From Proteromonas lacertae (taxonomy: Eukaryota): a stretch of 38,933 nt of DNA. This document shows, one piece after another, positions 25,677 to 37,113 of the stretch. Under the pieces are notes generated by a model. That model saw only the letters and a program-made list of their open reading frames with translations. It made no database searches and was not told the DNA's origin. The stretch spans positions 124,001-162,933 of the forward strand of contig NGBS01000596.1 of the NCBI GenBank assembly GCA_002245135.1. Reading direction: 5' to 3'. A program made the translations under genes and the position numbers. The first letter of the stretch is position 1; each line of letters starts with the position of its first letter.

Positions 25677-25798
25677 AGATTTTCTAAGTTTTTATTATTT
25701 TGTCGACTGTTTGATGAGGTTTTTGAGTGAAAAGAATAATATAGGTTTGATTACAGTTTGACTGTTTTATTTTTTTTTTTGATTTTTGAGTGATCTAG

Positions 25799-26628
25799 AT
25801 GGAAAGTGAACTAGAAGATAAACTTTTAAAAGAAGTTGAAAAGGTATTTATTAGTATATCATATTGCATATAGATGGCTCAAAATGAATATATTTATTAT
25901 GACCAATTATTTCAAATGAAACCTACAGAAGATATATTAAAACAATTAATTACTGAAGCTACAAAAATTTCTGCGATCCAAGTAAATTACCCAATTGTCT
26001 TATTCTAATAGAAAATGAGGAATATGCAAGAGTGTTATATATATGAAACAGATATAAAATTGATTCAACTATATCTGCAATCATATATGTTGAAAGATGC
26101 AATAAATGAATCAAATAGATGTATAAAGAATCTCCATTTTAAGAAGAATCAACAAAATATTGTATTAATATATATTTATATTTATACATAATGTCCAATA
26201 GAATGTTAATTTTTACCCATTATTTCTCTCAATTCTCAAATCTTATGTAACTTTACCAAAAGATTCTACTTACAGTGATTTTGTTGAGAATCTTCCAGAA
26301 TCATTACCACCATCCTATACACTACTTTTTAACGAACAAGCCAAGCCTGATGATGAAAAATTAACATGGAAATTAATACTGTCAATAATACATGAAAATC
26401 CACTTATATATAAAAATAAAATAAAATATTATTATGATATAATTCCAATATATTTATTAGGTCATGTAATTAGAATATGGAACACATTGCAAGTGTCAGG
26501 TTATGTACCATTAAACAGATTAATTGAATTTATTCAAAATGATTATTCTTATATTTTATACATTGATTCAGTTGATTTAATCAAAGCATTAAAAGAGAAT
26601 TTAGCATTGAAACAACTGCAACAATGTG

Positions 26629-26670
<42 letters not shown>

Positions 26671-27926
26671 TAATATCATGGGAAGAATGGTTGGAATATA
26701 ATATATTATTCTGTTATCCAATGACATATCCATACATCTCATTTCAACTTCAGTTTTACTTATGTAAAAGTGAATTAGAAAATGATCGAATATGGTATTC
26801 TGCTTCTTTGATTAGAAATATAATTGATCAATGTGAAGTATTATATCCAAAATTATCATTAATGAGGATAAAATGCTATCAATTATATTCTGAATATTTA
26901 AATATGGAGTTTATTACTCTGTTTGAAAAAGAAAAGAAAATGATTAATAAATATTCGAATGAAATATCTTCCATTCAGAAAAAAGAAATTTTACATTTAG
27001 CTTATGAAATAAGAGAGAAAAATAACAACAAGAGAAATAAAAGACATATTAGAATGAATGAAGCATTATTAATAGCAGAACAACAATATTTGACAAATAA
27101 CAACAACAACAAAAACAATGATAGTAGTGAATGTTTTGATAATAAAGACTGTATTAAATATTTCAAATTGTGTATTAATGAAACAAAGAAACTATTTAAT
27201 GAGAATAATAATGAAAATAAACAATATTCAAATAATAAAAATACTATTCATTTTTTCTTAGCCAATTTATATATAGAATTAGCAGAAATATTATCGATAT
27301 ATAATAAAAGAGAAGGATTGAGATATTATTCAATAGCATTTAATATCTGTTTGTCTAATTATTCTGTCTCTTCAAAGAATGGAATTTATACCTTTAAATC
27401 ACCTGTTATTAACCAACCAATCATTTTCTATTTATACCTCTGTTTAGGAAAGATTGAATATTGCTTAAAGTATCATTATTCTGCAGCAGAACATTACACA
27501 ATTGCTGCTGAATATTTGACAAATATATTCACAAATTATGAGAATGATTTAGATAAATTTAAGGATTATTCTATTACTTATTTAAATAACATTGAAGATA
27601 CTTATAATTATTGGATTAAAGCTGGAGAATGTTATATGAATATCAATTATAGATCAAATTCTATTTATTGTTATGAAAATGCAATTAAAATGGTGAATTT
27701 GTTGTATAATGAGAATAATGAATATGAAATTGATTGCTATAAAATATTGGCTGATTTATATTATCCTATTGATAGGAATAAATGTGTTGAGATGTTAATT
27801 AAATGTCAAAATGCTTGGAAAGTATTGTATGGTAGTGATTCTAGATTTTATATTCATTTAGCACAGTTGATCGAGTCTGTTGCAATGCAAACTCCAGAGA
27901 AACAAATAAATAATAATTTTCAATAA
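25799..27926 (+). CDS. TPR-repeat protein, Asn-rich (4 exons)
   Basis: Three introns connect ATG 25799 to ORF 26487. TPR-like helices include ANLYIELAEIL...GLRYYSIAFNI, WIKAGECY...SIYCYENAIKM and DCYKILADLY...VLYGSDS. Confidence 0.7.
26631..26669 (+). repeat. (AAT)13 coding microsatellite (poly-Asn)
   Basis: Directly visible; translated as a run of Asn in ORF 26487. Confidence 0.9.
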
Positions 27927-28033
27927 TGTAATTAATTATGTTGTTTTTGATTTAAATTGTAAAAAAACAACAATTTAATAGTAAAGTGTTTTTAACATAT
28001 TATGTCATTTTATTAACTAACTTTTAGTTATTC

Positions 28034-28620
28034 TTAAGCTTTAATAGCTTTTTTGGCTTTTGGTTTTAATGTCCAGCTTGCTAATCCAAGACATACAACA
28101 GCTGTTCCGAGATAAATAACCCATGATGATGAAATGATGCTCTTGAATGTCAATTGTTCTGGGAAATATTCAAAATACATGTGTCTTAAACCACCAGCGA
28201 AGTGATATAATACACAATATGATGTTATAAATTTAGTACACCATAATAAAATACCATGTCCCTTTAACCATTCAACCCATTGCATTGGATCACTAACAAA
28301 AGATCCTAAACCAACTAAGCCAATACCTATACAATTAAAAAATTATAATTTGAATAAATATACCACCTACAAGTCCCATACCAGTTAAACGGTGAGCACC
28401 TGATGAAACTGAACCCATATGAATATGATAAATAGATAAACAAGGTGAGGTAAATCTACCTTTTGCTCTTTGTTCATCAGAATAACTAAAAAAATAACAT
28501 AAACAGAGAAAAGAAATACACTGTTCTTTGTCCAATTGTTGATAATAATGGTGTGCAACGAGATACTGCATTACGAGCTCTGCAAGCAGCTAAAGATGAA
28601 CGGGTGAATGAAGAAAGCAT
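28034..28620 (-). CDS. SDHC: Succinate dehydrogenase/fumarate reductase cytochrome b large subunit (SdhC/Sdh3) with mitochondrial-type presequence (2 introns)
   Basis: Presequence MLSSFTRSSLAACRARNAVSR..., then RFTSPCLSIY...SSGAHRLTG...KFITSYCVLYHFAGGLRHMYFE. Confidence 0.9.
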
Positions 28621-29055
28621 ATTAACTTATATTAAAAAGATTAAAATTGGGGGAGTTTCATACAGCACGGCGAATCCACAAAAATATATAACAATGCTAT
28701 TAAAGGGATTCTGACGTGACAGATTAATGAAATTTTCATACCCCAAATATTTCAAAATGATTACTATTAACATTTGTCAGATGTAATTAATTAAATATCC
28801 TTGTTTTTTCTTTAATAAAAATGCCTAGAGCATAATAAAATGATAAAAAATTAAAATCATAATTTCAAAAATGATTATGATGAGATTCATCGTTGATAGT
28901 GAAATTGAACATCTATCATTTAAATTTTCAGATTTATTTTAAATCATAAACATTGATGATTTTAATTTCATATAAACATAAAATAATTCAGTGTTTTTAT
29001 TAAATATGATGAAATAGTGTTTCTGACATGTAAAATGTAATAATAACCTTCAAAA

Positions 29056-30642
29056 ATGAAAACAATTCCTCTTTGGTTATCTATTGGTATAATTTATTTA
29101 ATTGTGTTTTTTGACTGTAATGGGGTTTCAATGATTGTGCCTATACTCCCGAAATATTCAGAGAAGTTCGGATCTTCATCGTTTGTTCATGGAATCACCT
29201 TTATAGCTTATCCTACAACTGGATTCTTTAGTACTATGATTATGGGCTGGTTGAGTGATAAATACGGGAGAAAAGCGCTGATGGTAGCTTCAATTGTTGG
29301 ATCTTGTGTAGGTGCGATCTTTCAGTTTTTATCAAATGAACACTGGCAATTTATTCTAGCTCGTTGTTTCACAGGAGCTCTAGGAGGTTCAATGACAGTC
29401 GCATCATCTTATATAGCCGATGTTTTTGATCCTCTTGAAAGACCAAAACAACAAGCAAGGTTGTCTGGTGTAATATCTTTATCTTATTTAATTGGTCCAG
29501 TAATTGGATCATTTTTAGGTGATGTAGAATTGAATTTACCTCTTTATGTTATAAGTGGATGTGCTGGATTGGTATTTATAATAGTAGTGTGCTTTCTACC
29601 TGATTCAAAGGAATATACAAAGAATAAGAACAATGAGAATAAAGAAATTAAGGCTGTAGAATTAGGAACAAAAACAGAAACAAACACAATAATAACAGAA
29701 GGAAATGAAAAAGTTGAAGAAAAAATTGAAAATTCTACAAAAGAAGCAACAACAGAATCTGAAGAAAAAACAAAAGAAGAGACAACATCATCAACAACAA
29801 CAACAACAGAAAAACCAACAGAAATAAATGATAATACAATAACAATCACAATAGATACATCACAAAATAGTGAAAATGAAAAACTAGTAAATGAAAATGA
29901 TTTATCACCAATAAATGTGGATAATAATATAACACAAATGATTGTTCCAAAAGAAGTATCAGTTACTCGTGCATCATTTATATCTGAAAATAATAATAAT
30001 ATTAATAATAATAACAAAGAAACACCTATAGATCCTAAAGAAGAAAGGAAAAATAACATTTCTTTATTTTTGATATTTGTGGAGTGTTTCTTTTTAGTTT
30101 CATCATTGATGGCACAAGATATTGGATTTCCAGTTTTTGCTGAAAAACAGTTAAAAATTAGTACAACAATCAGTGGAATATTTTTCAGTAGTTTTGGCTT
30201 ATTTTTCATAGTTTTTGAGTGGTTTTTATTTGATCTAATTCGAAGATATGTTTCTTTACCAATAATTTTAGTTTTTGGAACAGTAGTTCAAGCTATTGGT
30301 TGGCTATTTGTTGGTTTTATAAAGAATAATGTTTGTAGTTATATTGGATTTTACATAATGGGATCAGGATCTGCTCTTTGTTATTGTTTACCTGCAATTA
30401 TTATCTCATTACTTTCAAAACCAGAAGTACAAGGTAAAAACATTGGAATATGTCAAGGTTTTGATGGTAGTGCTAGAATTTTCCCACCTTTATTTTATGC
30501 AGCTTTATTTGATGTAAATTATTATGTGCCATTTGAATTAGCAATGGGTTTAAGTCTAATGGCATTGTGTTTTGCTGTGGCTTTCTATTGTATAAATGGT
30601 AAGAATCCTAAACTAGCTGCTAAAAATAAACTTAAACATTAG
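29056..30642 (+). CDS. Major facilitator superfamily transporter, DHA1/TetA-like, intronless
   Basis: MIVPILP, motif A GWLSDKYGRK, ARCFTGALGG, SYIADV, IGPVIGSFLG, QGKNIG, ARIFPP; 12 hydrophobic segments with a long low-complexity central loop. Confidence 0.92.
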   Translation: MKTIPLWLSIGIIYLIVFFDCNGVSMIVPILPKYSEKFGSSSFVHGITFIAYPTTGFFSTMIMGWLSDKYGRKALMVASIVGSCVGAIFQFLSNEHWQFILARCFTGALGGSMTVASSYIADVFDPLERPKQQARLSGVISLSYLIGPVIGSFLGDVELNLPLYVISGCAGLVFIIVVCFLPDSKEYTKNKNNENKEIKAVELGTKTETNTIITEGNEKVEEKIENSTKEATTESEEKTKEETTSSTTTTTEKPTEINDNTITITIDTSQNSENEKLVNENDLSPINVDNNITQMIVPKEVSVTRASFISENNNNINNNNKETPIDPKEERKNNISLFLIFVECFFLVSSLMAQDIGFPVFAEKQLKISTTISGIFFSSFGLFFIVFEWFLFDLIRRYVSLPIILVFGTVVQAIGWLFVGFIKNNVCSYIGFYIMGSGSALCYCLPAIIISLLSKPEVQGKNIGICQGFDGSARIFPPLFYAALFDVNYYVPFELAMGLSLMALCFAVAFYCINGKNPKLAAKNKLKH

Positions 30643-30755
30643 TTTTTGACATATATATAATTTAGTATAATGTTTTTTTTTTGTTTTAAACATTGTATGA
30701 AAAAATTACCCCAATTTAATATTTCAAACATAGTTTGAGTGTCAATTAATCGAAA

Positions 30756-32114
30756 ATGAACAGAGCTAGAGATATTATTTACTCTCCTTTAGAAAAGAAA
30801 GGTTATGTAACAGCAGCTGAAAGTCATATTGTGGAAGTTCCATTAGTTTTAGTTGGATTAATTGCTGCTGCTTATATTTTAATCTTTATGAAGTCAATAT
30901 TAATACCATTTGTTTTTGCTATGTTATTGGTATATGTCATCCGTCCAGTAGCTGATTTCTTTTACACTCCATTCGAAGACTGCTGTCGTAGAAACTCAGA
31001 TAACCAAGATAGATATCCAGTATATATACATAAATATTTTAATTTTATTTATATTCATTATCGATAGAATGATTCGCCAATACATCGATCAAGAGTGGAA
31101 TACAAAGCTCGTTGTCCTAGATTTATAGCAGTATTTCTAGCAATAATTATATCTGTGTTTGTAATGTGTGCATTAGTCCTTCTTATTCTTGATTCAGTAT
31201 AATTATTCTTTCTAATATTATTCTATAAATAGGTTGAATCAGTAACAGCAAAAGACATTGAAACATTTCAAATAAGAGCAATTCGATTGGCAAAATCCAT
31301 TACAAAGTCAGCAGAGAAACTGTTTGGAATAAATATAGAAAAAATAGTCAGATCATTTTTAGATAACGTATTATATATATAATAATTATTATTATTATAT
31401 TTTAATAGTTACCAATCCAATCAATTATTCAAAGTGTATTAATCTACATCTATGAACTTATTGTTGGATTATTATTCGTTATACTCATCGCTATCTATTT
31501 ACTATTTGATGATAATACTTCCACTTCACATAGCAGAAGTGAATTAAAACATGAGATTGATAAACAAATTCAATATTATTTAGGTATTAAGACTATAATA
31601 AGTGGAACTGTCGCTTTAATTATTTATATATTCTTTGGGCCAATAATGAGAGTAAGATTTGGCAATGTATTTGGTATTTTAACTTTCTTATTGAATTATA
31701 TACCAAATATTGGACCAATTATTGCAACTTTTATTCCAATTCCTATCATTCTGTTGGATGATAATGTCACATTTAGTAAATTCCTTTTAATACTTCTATT
31801 TCCTGGTGTATATCAAATATTTATATATTTTTTATTTATAGTGTATTCATTGTATTATAGGTAATTGTATTGAACCTTCAGTTTTTGGTAAATCTTTTGA
31901 ATTACATCCAGTAATAGTTCTTCTTTCCTTAGCTTTATGGTATTCAATTTGGGGTATTACTGGTGCATTTTTGGCTGTCCCTATAATGGCAGTTATGAGA
32001 ATCGCACTTGAAAATTATCATCATCCTTATGCAAAGGTATATGTTAATATAATATATTGATATTTATAGTTTGTTGTTAATTTATTGAATGGTAATATTT
32101 GGCAAGATAGTTGA
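30756..32114 (+). CDS. AI-2E family (PerM/TqsA/UPF0118) transporter (6 exons)
   Basis: ILIPFVFAMLLVYVIRPVADF...QIQYYLGIKTIIS...FLLNYIPNIGPIIAT...GNCIEPSVFGKSFELHPVIVLLSLALWYSIWGITGAFLAVPIMA. Confidence 0.9.
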
Positions 32115-32534
32115 AATTTAAAAATGACATTTAAATTGTGTAATAAAATAATATAAGTATTTAAATTCTTTCTTTTTTTTGAATATTGTTATTGTTATTG
32201 GCGTGTTATATTTTGATTTAATTATTTTGAAATAATTAATCAACTCAAACCATGTATTCGACAAGAAATAGAACGTTATAATAATAAGACATCTATATTT
32301 TTATATTTGGTATAAAACTCTTCACACCTTCAATATTAGGATTAGTTTTATACACGACACTTTTATATTTTTGTTCATAACATTTTATAGCAATTGTTCC
32401 AGGCTCTATTTCTAATTTTGAGTCATTTACATAAAACTCTGTTTTTCTAGTTGATGATATATATTTGACTTTCATTTTTCCTGGTTTTCCTGTTTTTGGA
32501 TCAGCTAGTCCAGTTAAATGTGATATTGGCAAAG

Positions 32535-32875
32535 GGGTAGTTAACATTTGAGCACGTGTTCAATCGATTGAACATGGGGTTTATAGAGGGTTTTCGTCTA
32601 TTCTAATTAGATATTCTTATACATCTTTGTATTTCTTATTTATAAAAATAGTCTCAGCTTCATATGTAAACTACATGCTAATTCAATTAATTTGATTTCG
32701 AATATTTCACTCAGTAATAGCTTCAAAAAATGCTATAAATTATGTTTAGACAGGATCTCCGTTTTATTTCTTCATATAAAAACTATTGAATGAGAAATCT
32801 TTAAAAATAAAAATTGAGCACAAGTTTTGATTTGAAAATTTTTCAACATAGATTTAAATTTTGAGCATGGGGCAT
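32535..32875. repeat. Putative ~340-bp MULE terminal repeat (diverged direct copy at 34475-34815, inverted copy at ~38607-38933)
   Basis: Colinear shared blocks at offset ~1940: GGG.AGTT, CGTGTTCAA...TTGAAC, ACAGGATCTCC (32750 / 34689), ACTATT..ATGAGAA, CACAAG, TTTGAGCA. Confidence 0.75.
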
Positions 32876-33178
32876 ATAAGAAGTAAATTAATAAAATAAA
32901 CATTACAATCAATTGCATATTTCACAAAAAATATTATGAGTGACTAAAATAGTATTTTCATAACTTCATATAATCAAATTATTTAATTTCTTATTATTTT
33001 AAAACTCTGATTGAAATTATTTAATCAACAAAAATTATATGTATCAATTCTATATTTATATTAATTTACATCAGTAGACTCAATATTAATAGCTTTTTTA
33101 TTTAAATTCAAATCAAACATAGAAACGAATATAATTTTTTATTAGTTTTCTTTTCTTAATTTCTTTTGTAGTTGCTAC

Positions 33179-34474
33179 ATGTATAGCATAATAAATGATG
33201 ATACTATCGACATACCTATCGGTGTTAATAGTAGTAGCCATAGCATAGTTGACGGTAGGATGAAGAATTTGTCCAAGTTATGTAAGCGTTACCCTCCGTT
33301 TGAGAAAATAGCTCAAATAGACTACTCTGTATTTAGTAAGAAATTTACAAAGCTAGAGGATGTATACTATACAGTATATGTCTTCTGCTTTCAATATGGT
33401 TTGAAAGTTAAGCCAATACACGGGACATTAGCTAGCTGTTCGACTCTAACATTCAAATTTAAATGTTGTAAAGCACAAATTAAGTGCTACTACTCGAAGA
33501 ACAATATAGTTTTGAAAGTGATAGATCATAATCATACAATTCAAATAAAAAAAGTATTCAATATTAACACAATTATGGAAAAAGAAATTATTGATTTAAT
33601 TGAAGCAACTAATTGTAATAGTAAACAAGTTATTGATCTCTTAAATAAAAAATATTCTATAACAAAGAATGAAGAAAATCAAATAAGATCAATAATTAGA
33701 TCAAAAAGCAAAGAAAAGAATGATCATCTTAGTGGAAAAACTAAATTTTTCGAACAAATTATCAATTATGAATATCATTGTAATGATGAGACTATTTTAG
33801 TTATACTGGATAGAAACACACTTAATAAGTACTCAACTATTTTATGTGATGGAACCTTCTCTATTTTTATGGATAGCTCGCAATTATATAACATATATTC
33901 ACAAGTTTCTCCTAAACTCTTTCTTCTTGTAGCTTTCGCAATTACAGCAAATAGAAATAGTACAACATATGAATATATTTACAGATTTATCAACAAAAAC
34001 AAAAATATAACTGCTGTAATTCACGATAGAGAACAAGCTGTTATGTGTGTTCTGAAGAAATTAAGAATTAATTTAGTAAGTGATTCATTTCATATTCTGA
34101 TTAATATTAAAAATAATGCTTTAAAAATATAGTAAAAACATATCTTAAAAACCCAAATGAAGTTGATCTAAATAATATTGATAAAAAGTATAAAGATTTT
34201 ATAATTAAGTATGATTTGGACAATTTCGGAGCTTTTGGAACACATAGTACCAGTTGTGTTGAATCTTTAAACAATAAGATAAAGAATATGCTGCATCACA
34301 AACGCAGCAGATATGATGTTGTGCTGAATACATTAATACATTCACAAACAACAAAAAGCCATAATAATTGATGAAGTCAAAAAAAGAACAATGGTTAATA
34401 ATATTGGATCATTATTATGGAATGAGTGTTCATCAACATTATACTCAGAAATGGAGAATATGATTAATAATAAT
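33179..34474 (+). pseudogene. MULE (Mutator) DDE transposase with two frameshifts (~34127, ~34358)
   Basis: WRKY/FAR1-like Zn finger C..KAQI...HNH, then ILCDGTF (D1), AVIHDREQA (D2) and DSFH (C/DxxH). After a shift of frame comes THSTSCVESLNNKIK (catalytic E). The last frame runs straight into the terminal repeat at 34475. Confidence 0.88.
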
Positions 34475-34488
34475 GGGAAGTTTGGGTT

Positions 34489-35952
34489 TAGACGCGTGTT
34501 CAAAATTTGAACTCGCCTAATCTAGTTAGAGTTTGACTCTAATATTTTATATTACTTGACTATAATTGCTTAATTAAGAGATTCTGAGAAGATGGTAGAG
34601 ATAGCACAACTATTTTTTGGTCTAATTTCACGATCTTTTAATGATTTGAGCATTTTTGATCCCAACCTATTGTACATAATAACTGTACACAGGATCTCCA
34701 GTTTTTTTATTAAATATCTTACTATTAGATGAGAATGCTCAAAATATAATGTGTGATAACACAAGCTCGGCTTGAATATTTTTTAATATTTTATAAAATT
34801 TGAGCACCTGCCTCCTATAGGAAGCTAGGGCTTATTTTTGTTAATTAATTAATAAATACTATTATTTTTTAAACTGTTTGACTTATTTACTATCTGAATA
34901 ACTATCTTAAGCTCTATTTCAATCGTTTATCCCATAAAAACAATTTAACTAAGTCATTAAGACATATTTATTTATAACTAACTGATAATTGAACCTTTTT
35001 CTTAAAAAACAAATCATTCAACTAAATTTTGGCAATCTTGTATCTATTCGAGGAAGTCAACATATTTTACATTTCCATAGCTTCTATTATTGTTAAATTA
35101 TCACCTTCTTGAACATAATTTACTTACATTTATTAAACTACTAGCCATTGGATAAGTTAAGAATTTAGAATCATCTACTTCTCGTTTTATAATCATGAAT
35201 TTTGATAATTTGCTTTCTAAAGCATTTCTTATACCTACAACGAAGTTATCTCTATTGAATTGTAATTGATATACTTCTACTAATCTTTTCATATATTATA
35301 AAGCTACTTCTTTTATATTCAATTTACCTCTCATGATTTAGCTTTGAATATCTAGCTTTTACAACCATTCTTTAAAATTTCTCAGGTGTAAGAAGACCTT
35401 TATCATTTGTAATTGTGATCTTATTAGCTTTACCAATACTCTCTTTTACAACACTTACATTCAAAGTATTATTAGTTATTATATATTGTCATAGATTCTT
35501 CACCTTCAAACACTTGAATTAACACATCGAGTTGTTAATCACTGTATGTACTAAATACTTGAGTATTATTAACTGAAATTTTGATATTAATTGTAATTAA
35601 TTAACTTCTATTAATCCTTTCATATATTCAAAAGCTAATTCTTTAACTTTGTATAACTTTTACTTTGTTAAATCATCTCTTCTAAAAAACCTTTTTAAAT
35701 CACTATAATTTCTTTTCTGTTCAATAAACAAGTCTCAATTATTACTTTAACAAGCACACATTCCTATATTATAGTGAAATTCCCATTGCCCAAATATCAC
35801 TCAATGGACTTATACTACCTGTTTTAATTGATTTGTTTAATATTTTTATTGCATATTGATTCTTTGATGGATCTTCACATAATTCAACTAATTTCTTTAT
35901 TATTTTATATTGATTGATATGTCCATTACCACTTTGATCTACTTGTAACTTT
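34489..35952. repeat. Left arm of ~1.46-kb near-perfect inverted repeat
   Basis: Reverse complement of 37472-38933; identical ORFs at 34570/38658 and 35101/38130. Differences seen are two 1-nt homopolymer indels (~35686 and ~35783) and a mismatch at the inner edge (35948). Confidence 0.97.
35347..35561 (-). pseudogene. Hsp70 substrate-binding-domain fragment (left arm copy)
   Basis: Reverse complement of 37861-38075. Confidence 0.85.
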
Positions 35953-36405
35953 AATAAATTAGTTTGCTCCATAGGCTTATCGATTGTTACATGACGTTTT
36001 AATTTTGCATGAATATTTTCACTTATATCACAAGTATTGTACTATACTTTTTGACATTTTTTCGAGCTTCTCTTTCATGAGAGGTTGTGGAATTTCGAGG
36101 TGATTCGTTTGTAAGCCAATCATAAACTTCAGGGTTATCACACTCTTCAGAACAATAAGACATACCAACTGATCCTATTAATTGATGTGTATGCCTACCA
36201 CCTACAACAGATTGACCAATTGGTCTAACTGAAGGTTTTATTATATTATTAGATGACAATGGTTGGTTTCGAGATGAATTCTGTTGACTTCCACCATTTT
36301 GGTTTTTAAAAGCTTTTTCATGTATATTTAACTTCACTGTTTTTATTTCTACCTCAGATTCAAAATATTTGGAACTACTACAGGGCTAGAACCCGTACAT
36401 CCCGT
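35769..36405 (-). pseudogene. 5' fragment of a CaMKK/GRIK-like Ser/Thr kinase gene with internal deletions and a retained intron
   Basis: (ACG)GCTGSS N-terminus, 26-nt intron 36022-36047, then EQTNLLKLQVDQSGNGHINQYKIIKKL/VELCED...YAIKILNKS/...SDIWAMGISL. The Gly loop and subdomains III-VIII are absent. Confidence 0.78.
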
Positions 36406-36450
36406 TATTTTCTTTCCAGAATTTTAAATTCAAGAAATATTAATAAACAA

Positions 36451-37113
36451 AGTGGTAAAAAGTTTGAAGGCTTGTTATCTTTATGAAAGATTTTTAATGG
36501 TGAATCGTCTGCTTTAGAACCTTTACAAGCTCAAACAAAGTTTCAAGAGGTTTTAAGAGATTATAGTGAAAACAATATTTATATCTACAGGTATATATAA
36601 ATATATTGATTATTCTTATCACTAGAAAATCATTATTGGAAAATTTCAACAGAGGTGCTTATTTTGTAGAAATTAATTTAGCTCATCTAGGAATATTCAA
36701 CAATGTTTTACTTGATGTATTACAAAGAGAGACAAATTGTTATTTACCACAAGTACATTAAACAATTATTATTACTTATCAATAGTTTGAAATTGCAGCT
36801 CAAAGAGTAGTAGAAAATGAGTTAAATGCAGAAAATTCTCCCTCAATCAATGTCTTATTGAAATTTTCACAAAACTCAATATCAATCCGATCATTAAATG
36901 TATAAATGAAATGATTTTTAATGTACATATATATAATAGGCAAATCATGTGAACAAGCTAGTCAGTATATCAGGACTTATAATCAGTGCATCTCTTTAAA
37001 GACCAAAAGCCATCAAAGTCGCAATTCGTTGTTCAAATTGTAAGTATTTAAAGTATATCCCAGTTCCTTCTGCATTTGGAAATGTTCAATTACCTATGAA
37101 TTATGTTGGTTAG
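36451..37113 (+). pseudogene. MCM5: MCM5 N-terminal fragment with three retained introns, a frameshift and in-frame stops
   Basis: KFQEVLRDY...YRKSLLENFNRGAYFVEINLAHL...YLPQFEIAAQRV...ISIRSLNANHVNKLVSISGLIISASL*RPKAIKVAIRCSNC...GNVQLP. Introns 36591-36625, 36753-36785 and 36900-36939. Confidence 0.85.

Larger units (their letters stand above)
32535..34474 (+). mobile_element. Mutator-like element A: left terminal repeat plus transposase; right end not seen (interrupted by element B or beyond window)
   Basis: Begins GGGTAGTT with repeated TTGA[G/A]CA motifs. Its first ~340 bp are homologous to 34475-34815, and it is followed by a MULE transposase. Confidence 0.75.

Noticed and set aside
28705..28725. 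CRE-like TGACGTGA site between SdhC and the MFS gene
   Set aside because: Single occurrence with no independent support.
1930..30209. Long hydrophobic antisense ORFs (1930-2568, 2572-2832, 20529-20873, 22147-22776, 25100-25468, 29544-30209)
   Set aside because: They lie opposite well-supported genes, cross their introns or low-complexity tracts, and show no family motifs.
1085..32114. Stop codons completed by polyadenylation (a known Blastocystis trait) or a non-standard genetic code
   Set aside because: Every complete gene I assembled ends in a genomic TAA, TAG or TGA, and no conserved domain of an intact gene is interrupted by an in-frame stop.
34570..35292. Duplicated small ORFs (64 aa and 63 aa) in the repeat arms as genes
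   Set aside because: The 64-aa ORF lies within the terminal repeat and the 63-aa ORF has no motif I can recognise. Their identical copies simply reflect the inverted duplication.
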